DNA from: an uncultured delta proteobacterium
GTDB lineage: Bacteria > Desulfobacterota > Desulfobacteria > Desulfobacterales > JAHEIW01
DNA length: 64,000 nt
Assembly: GCA_963706575.1 (NCBI GenBank)
Contig: CAVPNL010000006.1
Coordinates: 480,001 to 544,000 of the forward strand
Direction of reading: 5' to 3'
A program made the position numbers and the translations under genes. This document shows, one piece after another, positions 9,025 through 20,013 of the stretch. The first letter of the stretch is position 1; each line of letters opens with the position of its first letter. A model generated the notes under the pieces. The model was not told where the DNA came from, searched no databases, and worked only from the letters and a program-made list of their open reading frames with translations.

Positions 9025-12000
9025 ATGCCCAAGCGTACAGACATCCATCGGATTTTAATCATCGGTGCCGGCCCGATCATCATCAGCCAGGCATGTGAAT
9101 TCGATTATTCCGGCACCCAGGCGTGTAAAGCCTTAAAGGAAGAAGGCTTTGAGGTCATCCTGGTAAACTCCAATCCTGCCACCATCATGACCGATCCGGA
9201 GACGGCGGATCGAACCTATATCGAGCCGGTCACCCCCGAAACTGTGGCGATGATAATCGAACGCGAGAAGCCGGATGCCCTGCTGCCGACTCTTGGCGGG
9301 CAAACCGGCTTGAATACGGCCATCGAAGTCGCCAAGGCCGGTGTTCTGGATAAGTTCAACGTTGAGATGATCGGTGCCTCCATCCCCGCCATAAAAAAGG
9401 CGGAAGACCGCGACCTTTTCCGTAAAGCAATGACCAGCATCGGGCTGCGGATTCCCAATAGCGGGATCGCTCAAACCATGGGTGAAGTCCGTAAAATTGC
9501 CGATGATATCGGATTTCCCATCATTGTGCGCCCCAGTTTTACCCTTGGGGGGACCGGCGGCGGTGTGGCCTATAATTCCGATGATCTTTACAAACTGTCC
9601 CGGGCCGGCCTGGACGCCAGCCTGATCGGGCAGGTGATGCTGGAAGAATCGGTGATGGGCTGGAAAGAATACGAATTGGAGGTCATGCGGGACCAACAGG
9701 ATAATGTGGTCATCATCTGTTCCATCGAAAATATGGATCCCATGGGGATCCACACCGGAGACAGCATCACGGTGGCCCCGGCCCAAACCCTGAGTGATAA
9801 AGAATACCAGCTGATGCGCAATGCGTCCATTGCCATCATGCGGGAAATCGGTGTGGACACCGGCGGATCCAATGTTCAATTTGCGGTCAATCCTGCCGAT
9901 GGCGAGATGGTGGTGATTGAAATGAATCCCCGGGTGTCGCGCAGCTCCGCTCTGGCTTCAAAAGCCACCGGATTTCCGATTGCCAAAATTGCGGCCAAGC
10001 TGGCGGTCGGCTATACGCTTGATGAAATTTCCAACGACATTACCGGCGAGACCCTGGCCTCTTTTGAGCCGACGCTGGATTACTGTGTGGTCAAGGTACC
10101 GCGCTGGACATTTGAAAAATTCCCTGAAACACCGGACTTTTTAACGACCGCGATGAAATCGGTTGGCGAAACCATGGCCATCGGCCGGACTTTTAAAGAA
10201 TCCCTGCAAAAGGGCCTGCGCTCTCTTGAAATCGGCCGTTACGGCCTGGGGGCGGACGGCAAGGACCTGTCCGAGGACCCGAATATGAAAAACAGCTTGC
10301 CGTCTCGATCGGAAATCGAGCAGAAGCTGGCGTCTCCCAATTCGCAACGCATATTTTACCTGCGCTACGCCCTTTTAAGGGGGATGACCATCGAATCGAT
10401 TCATAAATTATGCGGAATCGATCCCTGGTTCATCCAGCAGCTCGCACAAATTGTGGCCCTCGAGCGTGAAATTCAAACAGCCGGCACGCCAATATCGGAT
10501 GCGCGTTTAAAGCAGGCCAAGGAATGGGGCTTTTCAGACGTTCAGCTGGCACATTTAACTGCTGTGGAAGAAGCCGACATCAAAAAACAGCGTACCGAAA
10601 TGGGGCTGAGACCGGTGTATAAGCTGGTGGATACCTGTGCGGCTGAATTTAAGGCGGCAACCCCTTATTATTATTCAACCTACGAACAGGAAAATGAAGC
10701 CCGGGTTTCAAATCGTAAAAAGGTGATGATTCTCGGAGGCGGTCCCAACCGCATCGGCCAGGGAATTGAATTTGACTACTGCTGCGTACACGCCTCATTT
10801 GCGCTGCGCGAAGAAGGCATTGAAAGCATTATGGTCAACAGCAACCCGGAGACCGTCAGCACGGATTATGACACCTCCGACAAATTGTATTTTGAACCGC
10901 TGACCAGAGAAGATGTGCTGCATATTGTGGAAACCGAGAAACCGATGGGGGTCATTGTTCAATTCGGCGGTCAGACCCCGCTAAATCTATCCGTGGGACT
11001 GCACGCCGCCGGTGTGCCGATTCTGGGTACCCAGCCCGAAAGCATTGACCGTGCTGAAGACCGCAAGCTCTTTCAGGCGATGCTCAATAAGCTCGGTCTG
11101 ATTCAGCCGGCAAACGGCACGGCCTTAAACGTAAAAGAAGCTCTGCACGTTGCGGAAACCATCGGTTATCCGGTGGTTGTGCGACCCTCTTACGTACTGG
11201 GTGGACGGGCCATGAAAATCGTTTATGATCAAGCCGCGCTCGAAAATTTCACCCAGCTGGCGATTCAGGCCTCACCGGATTATCCGGTATTGATCGATAA
11301 ATTCGTAGAGGATGCATTTGAATTTGATGTGGATGCCATCTGCGACGGCCACACCACGATTATCGGTGGTATTATGGAACATATCGAAGAGGCCGGTGTG
11401 CATTCCGGTGATTCCGCCTGTGTTCTGCCACCGGTCAATATCGACCCCCATTTCATCGAAGAAATGACCCGGGCCACCAAGGCCATGGCAAATGAATTGA
11501 GAGTCGTCGGCTTGATGAATGTCCAGTATGCCTTAAAGGACGGCCAGCTGTATGTACTGGAAGTCAACCCCAGAGCATCCCGCACCATCCCGTTTGTCAG
11601 CAAGGCAACGGGTGTGCCGCTGGCCAAGCTGGCCACCAAAGTGATGCTCGGCCGGACCCTGCAGGAACTGGAATTAACCGCCGAAATCGTTCCCACACAC
11701 ATATCGGTTAAAGAAGCCGTGCTGCCGTTTGACCGCTTTCCGGATGTGGACCTGTTGCTCGGCCCGGAAATGAAATCCACTGGGGAGGTCATGGGAATCG
11801 GTTCGGATTTCGGGTCCGCTTACGCCAAAGCACAACTGGGAGCCGGTCAGAATCTGCCGACTACGGGTACGGTTTTTATCAGTGTGATCGACAACGATAA
11901 AAAGACGGTTTTGCCGCTGGCCGCCAAATATCGCGATGCCGGTTTTAAAATCATGGCCACGCATGGGACCTCCAGGTTTTTAGCCGATAACGGGATTCCC

Positions 12001-12285
12001 AATAAAGCCGTAAACAAAGTTTCCGTCGGTCGGCCCCATGTGGTTGATGCCATCAAGAATGCCAAGATCCAGCTGGTGATCAATACGTCTATCGGCGGTG
12101 AAACCCGGCGGGACGGTTACTATATCCGGCGCAATGCCCTGCGGTATAAAGTTCCCTATGCCACCACCACGGCCGGCGGAATGGCGATTTACAAGGCGAT
12201 CGAAGCCCTGCGGCAAAAAAAGACAACGGTCAAAACTTTACAGGAATATAATCGGGAAACTCGAAACTTGAAATTGGGGGCCTAG
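9025..12285 (+). CDS. carB: Carbamoyl-phosphate synthase large subunit
   Basis: [24 protein letters not shown], duplicated ATP-grasp halves, C-terminal MGS domain. Confidence 0.98.
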   Translation: MPKRTDIHRILIIGAGPIIISQACEFDYSGTQACKALKEEGFEVILVNSNPATIMTDPETADRTYIEPVTPETVAMIIEREKPDALLPTLGGQTGLNTAIEVAKAGVLDKFNVEMIGASIPAIKKAEDRDLFRKAMTSIGLRIPNSGIAQTMGEVRKIADDIGFPIIVRPSFTLGGTGGGVAYNSDDLYKLSRAGLDASLIGQVMLEESVMGWKEYELEVMRDQQDNVVIICSIENMDPMGIHTGDSITVAPAQTLSDKEYQLMRNASIAIMREIGVDTGGSNVQFAVNPADGEMVVIEMNPRVSRSSALASKATGFPIAKIAAKLAVGYTLDEISNDITGETLASFEPTLDYCVVKVPRWTFEKFPETPDFLTTAMKSVGETMAIGRTFKESLQKGLRSLEIGRYGLGADGKDLSEDPNMKNSLPSRSEIEQKLASPNSQRIFYLRYALLRGMTIESIHKLCGIDPWFIQQLAQIVALEREIQTAGTPISDARLKQAKEWGFSDVQLAHLTAVEEADIKKQRTEMGLRPVYKLVDTCAAEFKAATPYYYSTYEQENEARVSNRKKVMILGGGPNRIGQGIEFDYCCVHASFALREEGIESIMVNSNPETVSTDYDTSDKLYFEPLTREDVLHIVETEKPMGVIVQFGGQTPLNLSVGLHAAGVPILGTQPESIDRAEDRKLFQAMLNKLGLIQPANGTALNVKEALHVAETIGYPVVVRPSYVLGGRAMKIVYDQAALENFTQLAIQASPDYPVLIDKFVEDAFEFDVDAICDGHTTIIGGIMEHIEEAGVHSGDSACVLPPVNIDPHFIEEMTRATKAMANELRVVGLMNVQYALKDGQLYVLEVNPRASRTIPFVSKATGVPLAKLATKVMLGRTLQELELTAEIVPTHISVKEAVLPFDRFPDVDLLLGPEMKSTGEVMGIGSDFGSAYAKAQLGAGQNLPTTGTVFISVIDNDKKTVLPLAAKYRDAGFKIMATHGTSRFLADNGIPNKAVNKVSVGRPHVVDAIKNAKIQLVINTSIGGETRRDGYYIRRNALRYKVPYATTTAGGMAIYKAIEALRQKKTTVKTLQEYNRETRNLKLGA

Positions 12286-13701
12286 GTGAAAGAAATCTAC
12301 CAAGATGACAAACCCCGTGAAGCCTGCGGGATTTTTGGAATTTACGATCATCCGGAAGCGGCAGGCCTGACCTATTTCGGCCTCTATGCACTGCAGCACC
12401 GCGGCCAGGAAAGCGCCGGCATCGCCGTTGCCAAAGACATGCAGATTGTTGAGCATAAGGGTATGGGGCTGGTATCGGATGTTTTCGACATGGACCATCT
12501 GGCTCAGCTGGACGGCGGCAGCGCCGTGGGTCACGTGCGCTATTCGACAACAGGCAGTTCCATATTGACCAATGCCCAGCCGTTTCGGGTCCGTCATCGC
12601 AAAAAATCTTATGCGGTTGCGCATAACGGTAATATCACCAATGCCCATATTCTCAAAAATGAACTCGAGCAGGCCGGCTCCATTTTTCAGTCCACCATGG
12701 ACAGCGAGATATTTTTGCATCTTTTTGTAAAAAACCTGAAGTTCGGTTTTGAAGAGGCGTTGGTTAAAACCGCGTCCAGGCTGGAAGGGGCGTTTTCTTT
12801 TATTATGTTAACCAGCAAGGGTGAAATTATCGGGATGAAGGACCCGCATGGTTTTCGACCCCTTTGTCTGGGTAAACTCAACGGTAATTATGTGCTGGCG
12901 TCAGAGACCTGCGCCTTTGATCTGGTTGAAGCCGAGTTTATCCGCGAAATCGAACCCGGCGAAATTGTGATTATTGGTGAAGACGGCGTTAATAGCATTC
13001 AAACAACGGCAGCCGCGAACCGGGCATTTTGCATTTTTGAGTTTATTTACTTTGCGCGGCCGGACAGTACCATTTACGGTCAAAATGTCTATCAGACGCG
13101 CAAGGCGCACGGGCGCTGCCTGGCACGGGAGGCGCCGGTGGATGCCGATCTGGTGATGCCGTTTCCCGATTCCGGCACCTATGCCGCCCTGGGCTATCAT
13201 GAAGAATCCGGCATTCCGTTTGAGATGGGAATGATTCGAAATCACTATGTCGGCCGCACCTTTATTCAGCCCACTCAAAGTATGCGGGATTTTGGCGTGC
13301 GGATTAAATTGAATCCGGTCAAAGAGATCCTCAAGGGCAAAGATCTGATTATCATTGAAGACTCCATCATCAGGGGCACCACTATTAGAACCCGGGTGAA
13401 ATCCCTGAGGAAATTAGGCGTGAGGCATGTCCATATGCGGGTTGCCGGTCCACCGCACCGGTTCCCCTGTCACTATGGTATTGATTTCTCTACCCGGGGG
13501 GAGCTGATTGCGGCCCGCAAATCAGTGGATGAACTCAGAGAACACCTGGGACTTGATTCGCTACATTATCTCAGTATTGAAGGATTGTTGAATTCTACCG
13601 GTATCGAAAATCCGCAACGGCATTTTTGCAAAGCCTGCTTTGATGGATGCTATCCGGTCAGTTTTGATGAAATGGTGTCCAAGGAGTGCCTCGAAGAATA
13701 G
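12286..13701 (+). CDS. purF: Amidophosphoribosyltransferase (propeptide / Fe-S type)
   Basis: Propeptide then CGIFG, LQHRGQESAG, GHVRYST, PRPP motif IIEDSIIRGTT, CKACFDG. Confidence 0.97.
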   Translation: MKEIYQDDKPREACGIFGIYDHPEAAGLTYFGLYALQHRGQESAGIAVAKDMQIVEHKGMGLVSDVFDMDHLAQLDGGSAVGHVRYSTTGSSILTNAQPFRVRHRKKSYAVAHNGNITNAHILKNELEQAGSIFQSTMDSEIFLHLFVKNLKFGFEEALVKTASRLEGAFSFIMLTSKGEIIGMKDPHGFRPLCLGKLNGNYVLASETCAFDLVEAEFIREIEPGEIVIIGEDGVNSIQTTAAANRAFCIFEFIYFARPDSTIYGQNVYQTRKAHGRCLAREAPVDADLVMPFPDSGTYAALGYHEESGIPFEMGMIRNHYVGRTFIQPTQSMRDFGVRIKLNPVKEILKGKDLIIIEDSIIRGTTIRTRVKSLRKLGVRHVHMRVAGPPHRFPCHYGIDFSTRGELIAARKSVDELREHLGLDSLHYLSIEGLLNSTGIENPQRHFCKACFDGCYPVSFDEMVSKECLEE

Positions 13702-13764
13702 GTTTCAGGTGTCAGTGTTCAGGTTTCAGCATGATCGATACTGACACCCGACACCTGACACCGA
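13701..13764. repeat. Inverted tandem-repeat element, 7-bp unit (GGTGTCA / CTGACAC)
   Basis: ggtttca-ggtgtca-gtgttca-ggtttca-g, 11-nt spacer, ctgacac-ccgacac-ctgacac-cga; begins on the purF stop codon. Confidence 0.85.
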
Positions 13765-13931
13765 CTATTCAGAGCTTAAATCACCGAAATACTGATGAAT
13801 CCGGGCGGTTATGCAAAAATATATAATATTTACATGTAGTTATAAATTCCTCCTTGCCCTTTTGAGGTGCGCGGTATAAAATAGTAATGTTAAGCTCATT
13901 TTAAGGCGGCCCGGGCCTTGTGGAGGAATTC

Positions 13932-14441
13932 ATGCTTGAATCCAGATACCTGAAAGATAATATTGAAAATATCCAAAAATTACTGGCTATTCCCGCCCTA
14001 AAAGGTTTTGAAACAAAAAGTTTGGGAAAGCTGCTGCGGCTCAGTAAAATTCGAGGGTATGAGGACGGCGAGTTGATTATCAAGGAAGGTGATTTTGATC
14101 CCTGGCTCTATTTCCTTCTTGCGGGTAAGATACGCATCACCAAAGAAGGCTTGGAAATCGGCACCATAGACAAAAAGGGTGAAATCTTTGGAGAAATGCG
14201 TGTTATCGACAGTTTAAGTCGATCCGCATCCGTGTATTCCGTCGGCAACACCATGTGTTTGGCGGTAGATACATCCGCCAAAAGAAGGCTGTCAGCCGGC
14301 AGTACCCAGGATGAAAGATTGGACTTTTTACTGTTGCTTTACCGTATATTTGCTGAATTTATGTCCATCCGATTACGCGCCACCAATGAAGAACTGGTTA
14401 TGGCGAAAAAGAAAGTCAAACGATTAATCGAACAAATATGA
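13932..14441 (+). CDS. Cyclic nucleotide-binding domain protein
   Basis: ATG at 13932 after GGAGG; IIKEGD..LYFLLAGKI, GEIFGEM..RSASV. Confidence 0.85.
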   Translation: MLESRYLKDNIENIQKLLAIPALKGFETKSLGKLLRLSKIRGYEDGELIIKEGDFDPWLYFLLAGKIRITKEGLEIGTIDKKGEIFGEMRVIDSLSRSASVYSVGNTMCLAVDTSAKRRLSAGSTQDERLDFLLLLYRIFAEFMSIRLRATNEELVMAKKKVKRLIEQI

Positions 14442-15445
14442 CCGTTAGAAAAACCGTCGCCTTTTCAAAGAAATCTGCCAATCTTTTTTTTCACATTCTC
14501 ACCAAATGCAATCTCAGTTGCCGGCACTGTTACATAAATCCAGAACAGCAGGGCGAATCCAACCTACCTTTAAAAACCATCAAAGCCTGGTTGGAGGCCT
14601 TTTCTCAGGATAGCCCCAGTGCAAATGTCATATTCCTGGGCGGTGAACCGACGCTGCATCCGGACCTGAATCACGCCATTAAATATGCTCACCAACTCGG
14701 TTTTCGTTCCATCACCGTTGATACCAACGGCTATCTTTTTCATGATATCCTCTCCAGGGTCAGTCCCCGGGAAGTGGATTTTTTTAGCTTCAGTCTCGAT
14801 GGCGCCACCCGCAAAACCAATGATGGGATTCGCGGGAGCGGATCCTATGATGCCTGCATCAACGGCATTCAGAAGACAGTTGCGAAAGGCTTTGCAGCCA
14901 GTCTGATTTACACCGTTAGCCGGCTAAACATACATGAACTGGAAATGATGCCGTCGCTTTTGAACGATCTGGGTATCGAGCGTTTTTTTATTCAGGTCAT
15001 CGGTCTGCGTGGCAAGGCGGCTGACAGAAGCATGGTGGGCAATCTGCAGGTCACACGATCTAAATGGTTGAAAATCGTTCCGCAGTTGGCGCAAAAGATT
15101 GCCAGACGGGGCATAACTGTGAGCTTTCCAAAAGTATATTTAGACCCTCAAGAAAAATTTGAATGTGCCGGTCTGGTGGCCCGCAATTATTTTATCTTCC
15201 CCAATGGCAGGGTTTATCGGTGCCCGCTTTGCGAAGATCTGCCCATCCACAGCCTGGAGTTTATAGACAATCAGCCGGTAAAGACCGCAAAACTCAACGA
15301 GAGCGATTTGTTCGCTTTGAACATTCCGGAGGGTTGCGTAATGAACAGACTGATTCAGCCCGACAATTTAAGCTACACAGTCGGCGGTGTGCCGGAGTAT
15401 AAAATCGCGTGTTGTCTGCTTAAGGAGGAGATTGCTCAAATATAA
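14438..15445 (+). CDS. Radical SAM protein with Cys-rich (SPASM-like) C-terminus
   Basis: CNLSCRHC, FLGGEP, DTNG, SLDG; C-terminal C..GRVYRCPLC..C..CC. Confidence 0.9.
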   Translation: MTVRKTVAFSKKSANLFFHILTKCNLSCRHCYINPEQQGESNLPLKTIKAWLEAFSQDSPSANVIFLGGEPTLHPDLNHAIKYAHQLGFRSITVDTNGYLFHDILSRVSPREVDFFSFSLDGATRKTNDGIRGSGSYDACINGIQKTVAKGFAASLIYTVSRLNIHELEMMPSLLNDLGIERFFIQVIGLRGKAADRSMVGNLQVTRSKWLKIVPQLAQKIARRGITVSFPKVYLDPQEKFECAGLVARNYFIFPNGRVYRCPLCEDLPIHSLEFIDNQPVKTAKLNESDLFALNIPEGCVMNRLIQPDNLSYTVGGVPEYKIACCLLKEEIAQI

Positions 15446-16045
15446 ATCGTCCTCCTACTCGTCCTCGTCCTCGTACTCGAAAATCTGAAAAATAGCAGGA
15501 TTATTCCGAACTAGGTGAAGCCTGAGGACGGCGACAGGACGATGCATCTGGAATTATAAATCTGTCTCATCCTCGCCCTAAAAAACTAAAAAGGTTAGAG
15601 TAAAATGAAAAAATACAGATTCGATCATGAAAAACTTGATGTCTATCAACTTGAACTTCAGTTCATCGCATGGGTAACCCCATTAATTGAGGAAGTAAAG
15701 GCGTCAGCCGGATCGAAAGTTCGAGAGGTTTGTAACCACTTGGACCGTGCAAGTCTTTCAGCTCTATTCAACACCGCCGAGGGTAATGGAAAAAGGCAGT
15801 CGAAATTGCGGGGTCGGTTTTTTGATGATGCAAGAGGGTCGGCAGCTGAGTGTGCATCCTGCCTGGATGCCTTAGTTGCAAAAGGTGTTTGTTCTGAGGA
15901 TCGTGTTGATAAAGGCCAAGATCTTTTATATCGAATCGTTTCGATGCTAACTAAGTTGGTAAATCGATTTGCACCTGTCACGGAGATACGCGAAGAGTTG
16001 GTTCGATATAATGTCGAGGACGACGACGAGTACGAGTACGATTAG
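15445..16045. mobile_element. Cargo-carrying inverted tandem-repeat element (6-bp unit GT[A/C]CTC) enclosing a four-helix-bundle gene
   Basis: Left arm aatc-gtcctc-ctactc-gtcctc-gtcctc-gtactc-ga (15445-15480); right arm tc-gaggac-gacgac-gagtac-gagtac-gatt (16014-16043) is its reverse complement. Mobility is inferred. Confidence 0.65.
15605..16045 (+). CDS. Four helix bundle protein (23S rRNA-IVP / bAvd-like family)
   Basis: FDHEKLDVYQ..., HLDRASLSALFNTAEGNG, FFDDARGSAAECASCLD, RIVSMLTKL family motifs. Confidence 0.9.
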   Translation: MKKYRFDHEKLDVYQLELQFIAWVTPLIEEVKASAGSKVREVCNHLDRASLSALFNTAEGNGKRQSKLRGRFFDDARGSAAECASCLDALVAKGVCSEDRVDKGQDLLYRIVSMLTKLVNRFAPVTEIREELVRYNVEDDDEYEYD

Positions 16046-16051
16046 ACAATT

Positions 16052-16333
16052 ATGCCCACCATTCGACAAAAAATCATATCGCTTTTAATCGAAGAAGAGA
16101 TGAGTGCCCGGGAGATTTCCGCGGAACTGGGGATATCTGAAAAAGAGGTTTCTGATCATCTAGCGCACATTGCGCGGTCGGTTGCTTCTCAAGATAAGAA
16201 CGTAATGATTACGCCTGCAAACTGCCTGGCTTGTGGATATGTGTTTGAAGACCGCAAACGTTTTACCCGGCCCGGCCGCTGTCCGCAATGCAAAAAATCT
16301 CACATCCAGAGCCCGCGATTCCGCGTTTACTAA
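16052..16333 (+). CDS. Small HTH + zinc-ribbon transcriptional regulator (COG3357-like)
   Basis: TIRQKIISLL..SAREIS..EKEV..HL HTH; CxxCGYVF..RCPQCK. Confidence 0.8.
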   Translation: MPTIRQKIISLLIEEEMSAREISAELGISEKEVSDHLAHIARSVASQDKNVMITPANCLACGYVFEDRKRFTRPGRCPQCKKSHIQSPRFRVY

Positions 16334-16433
16334 ATTCACCACAGACCCACACAGACAGACACAGACAAAATCATTGCCCGCCGGAGGTGGAACCAAAACG
16401 TCCGTGTGAGTCTGTGTGGGTCTGTGGCTAATT
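16333..16433. repeat. Inverted tandem-repeat element, 10-bp unit (CACACAGAC), between convergent genes
   Basis: ccacagac-ccacacagac-agacacagac ... gtccgtgtga-gtctgtgtgg-gtctgtgg; fills the gap between two stop codons. Confidence 0.9.
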
Positions 16434-16807
16434 CATTTCTTTTGAATCCAGTTGCCTGCCGCATCCTGCACCCACTCGCCCGGACTGGCTTTTTGGGCAA
16501 GTTGCAATGCGCGACGCTTTCCGACAAGTTCGGCCGTGGTCCCCTGTTGTTTGGCGATAGCTGCGTATACCGCTTTGCGGTCTTCATTTTCAGCTGCCAC
16601 CACATCTGCTTTTTCTTTTTTTCCGCCGACAAATTCCAGATAGCCTTTGTTGTTTTCGCCCACAATGCCCTTCGCTTTAAGCTCAACTATAACCGGCAGC
16701 CGTTCTTTCATTCTGGTCTTTATATCATCGGCAAATGACGAAGCACTGAGCATCAAAGCTCCCAAAAGCAACGATGTTAATATGGTGGTGAAAATACCTC
16801 GTTTCAT
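16433..16807 (-). CDS. ydbL: YdbL family (DUF1318) exported protein
   Basis: Signal peptide; KAKGIVGENNKGYL, ENEDRKAVYAAIA, GEWVQDAAGNW; synteny with ynbE and ydbH. Confidence 0.85.
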   Translation of the reverse strand: MKRGIFTTILTSLLLGALMLSASSFADDIKTRMKERLPVIVELKAKGIVGENNKGYLEFVGGKKEKADVVAAENEDRKAVYAAIAKQQGTTAELVGKRRALQLAQKASPGEWVQDAAGNWIQKK

Positions 16808-16846
16808 ACAGAACTCTCCTTATTTTTCGATTGAATCATTATGCTT

Positions 16847-17062
16847 TTATTCGCTGGCTGTTGGTTTTTTCTCAAGCTTTTCTTCGGCGGCATCAATATC
16901 TCCGAAGAAATTATCCAGGGCCCGATCGACTTTTACGTTCACGTCGATCGTAATGTGAATCGGCTTGATTTCCACCGGCGCCACTTCCACTTTGTGTTGT
17001 GTGCAGCTCAGCGCAGTGGTTATCAAACCTGCGCCGAGCAATATCAAAACATGTCTCATCAT
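16847..17062 (-). CDS. ynbE: YnbE-like lipoprotein
   Basis: Lipobox ALSC; KPIHITIDVNVKVDRALDNFF. Confidence 0.8.
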   Translation of the reverse strand: MMRHVLILLGAGLITTALSCTQHKVEVAPVEIKPIHITIDVNVKVDRALDNFFGDIDAAEEKLEKKPTASE

Positions 17063-17066
17063 TGTT

Positions 17067-19859
17067 TTACTCCCTGCTTTTTTGAATCATTTGAATGAGT
17101 TCTTTATATTGCATTAATTTATTAAGAGGCAATCTAAAATTCACGTCCAGGCGGATTCCTTGAAAGGTCGAACCCTGGACGTCGGCTTCAACTTTTGCAA
17201 ATCCGCCTATATCTTTTTGATAAACAAACGGCAAGGATTTTGCCGGTTTTCCGTCTAGCTGCATTTTCAACAGCAAATCTTCTCCTTCGGTCGTCAGATT
17301 CAGCTTGGCCCATTTGTAATCATAATCTTCCAGGGCTTTTCTGGCAAGCTCCATTTGAACATACTGTGGTGTATCCGGCGGGATGCCGGCGGTTAAAATT
17401 TCGGCGTCCGTCATGCGAATCTTGCCGGATTCACCGGGTGTCGTAAACAGGAAACCGTCTGTGAAGCTTAACTTCCCGTTTTGATATCTTAAAGGGATTC
17501 TGCCGTTGAGCTGGCCTTCGGCGCTTACACTGGCTGCACCGAATTGCTGAAGCACTTTGGCCAGGTCCAGGCGGTCGCAATATAAAATGAGATTATAGTC
17601 TTCGATGCCGGAGGTAAAACGAATTGCCGGCGCGTCTACTTTTCCGTCACACCAGATAAAATGGCTCTTTTCGACCAGAACCGATTGGGTCGATTCGATT
17701 TGAAAATCGATTTCTCCATTTTCGAGATTCATCTCGCCGAAGGATGCGCGCGCGAATTTTAATTTTTGGCCGGGAGCACTTCGCATTTGCGCCAGGTCAG
17801 GGATTAAAAGGTCCATCTGAATGGCCTCGATCGCAATTTTGTCATTTCGGTGTCGTAATGCGCCGTTACTTAAACTCGATCTAACGGCGGCGTTGAATCC
17901 CTTTTTTCCGATGACCAGATTACCCTCTTCAAGCAATTTCCCTTTAAAAGTAAATCCTGCGGCTGCCGGCAGCAGTTTCCCCAGATCGATTTCAGGACCC
18001 GTTTCAGGATAAAAAATTTCAAAGTGCGCCTGGGTCTCGTGATCCTCAAAGGACGCCAGATGGGTTTCACCGGAAAATGTTGCCGCCAACTCAGGTATCA
18101 AATGGTTTTTAAGTTTTCCGTTGAAAGAAATTCCGGATGTCGTTTGTCTTAAGTCTGCTTGAATGGTTCCTAGATTTAAGTTTCGATACCTCGCAGCGGA
18201 AATGGATACGCTTCCTTTTTGTTCCGAATTTCCGACCGGAAATTTCAGTGGTATGGTGCCTTGTGCCCGTTTGAGGCGAATGTCTCCCCCGGCAGCCTCG
18301 ATATCGGTATTGCTAAACTGCATGGTTGCCGCTATCCCCTGAGCTCCGTTTTTGTCCTGCTGCAATTTCCCATTCACTGAAAGATGTTTGAGGATAATTT
18401 TGATGGAGCTCAGTGTAATTGCCGTGCCGGACAAATCTAAATCATTAATCGATAATAGCGGATTCGGTTCGTTCTGGATGAAGTCTGTTTTGCCTTCTAA
18501 GACGAATTGCGGACATAAAATGTTTACATCTCCAGATTTGATACGAACATCCGCAATACCCAGTCGATATGCCGTACTGATATCACCGCCGATTCCTTTG
18601 CCGGATAGATGGACACCTGGAAATTTAGTGGTGATATGGAAATTTTCGTATTCAAAAGCCGGACCTCCGCGAACCGGTTTGTTTTCGATCCGTATTGGTG
18701 AGGTCAAAACGCCAGTTGGCCATTTTGGGCGTAAACGGCCGAAAATTTTAGCGGTATGTCAAAAGGCCGAGCAAATCTTAGCGGAACAGATAACGGTTTT
18801 AGATCGGCTGAAGAATCAAATGACAGCGTAGAATTTTCCGGATATTTTGTAACCCTCTTCAGACGGTTTAACCGTTGCGGCCATATTTGCAAGGCTTGCG
18901 GCTATCGGCGCTACCGCCGAAAGACCGGATAGCGTGAGGTTCCAATTCTGCTGGTCGGGTCCTTTGAGGTCAATGATCAAGGGTTTTTGATTATCTGGAT
19001 TCGCTGAATGGTTCTGAAATTTAAGGTTTTTATAGCGGATATCTATTGCGGAACCTTTAAACCGGCCGGCGATCGATGAAACCTCAAAAGGCGCGAGCTT
19101 TAATTCAGCGTTTGCCTCTAGGCTGGCAAATCCCGCTATGCACAACCCGTCTATAGGTTTAACTATATCGGCAAATCTAAGCAGATCCAGCTCTTTGACC
19201 GCCAGATGAGATACGATACGATTTTGCTCCAAATCCATTTGGGCTGAAATTTTAAGGATTTGTCCGCGCGGGTACAGGCGGGCGGTCATGTGCAAAGCAT
19301 TTACAGTGTCTTGGGCAGAAACCATATCGATTTCAAAAGGAATTCGATATTCTCTTGTCATTTGTAATGCCAATCAGCATGCCGTTGTTTATTTCAATGC
19401 GTTGCGGGAATAACGGGTAAGATGGGCTGGCAGCCGTTTTATCCTTCTTTTTGTACGATTGGAGTTTGGCTTAAAAATTTCGCCAGATCAAAGCCGCGCA
19501 AGCCCAGCTGGCCGGTTTTGTATTCGCAATAAAGCTCAACACCACTGGCCACAATTCTTTCAACCTTTTTTTGATAAATTCCCCCGGGCGAATAATCGAC
19601 ATGAATGGAACGAATAATCAGTGCGGGATTTTCAGGCGTGCCGATTCGCAGTGATCCCAGGTCTGCACCGTATAGATCCAGTTCTTGGACTTCTAAAGCA
19701 AAATCTGTAATTCCGGCATCTTTTTTCAGGACGGAAATAATTTTGGATTCCACAAAACCGGGTAGAAGATATGAGGTCAGAAAAAATAGACCGACACCGA
19801 TAACGATAAGCAGCACAAAAGAAAATAATCGGTATGGCTATTTGACGTTTTAAGGGCAT
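17067..19859 (-). CDS. ydbH: YdbH-domain (AsmA-like, intermembrane lipid transport) protein, split by about 3 frameshifts
   Basis: Fragments 19632-19859, 19439-19816, 18816-19373, 17067-18707; N-terminal TM anchor; C-terminal GQLNGRIP..ALEDYDY..LDVNF; followed by ynbE-ydbL. Confidence 0.75.
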
Positions 19860-19875
19860 TTGGTGTCACTGTAAG

Positions 19876-19955
19876 GGAATAATGGAATACTGGAATGATG
19901 GAATAACGGTTTTTTAAAGGATATTATCCATTTTAATAATATAATCATCCCAGCC
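19876..19955. repeat. 8-bp tandem arm (GGAATnnT) with decayed inverted partner
   Basis: ggaataat-ggaatact-ggaatgat-ggaataac, then atattatcca..aatcatcc. Confidence 0.65.
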
Positions 19956-20013
19956 GGATGTCTATAATGGCATCGATTAAGACGTCTCTAAAGCTGCTTG
20001 AGTTGACGTATCC

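Noticed and set aside
15605..16045. Diversity-generating retroelement or rRNA intervening sequence
   Set aside because: There is no reverse transcriptase, no TR/VR pair and no rRNA gene in the window; only the Avd-like fold is shared.
16336..16738. ORFs reading through the CACAGAC repeats
   Set aside because: Artefacts of the repeat element and of overlap with ydbL.
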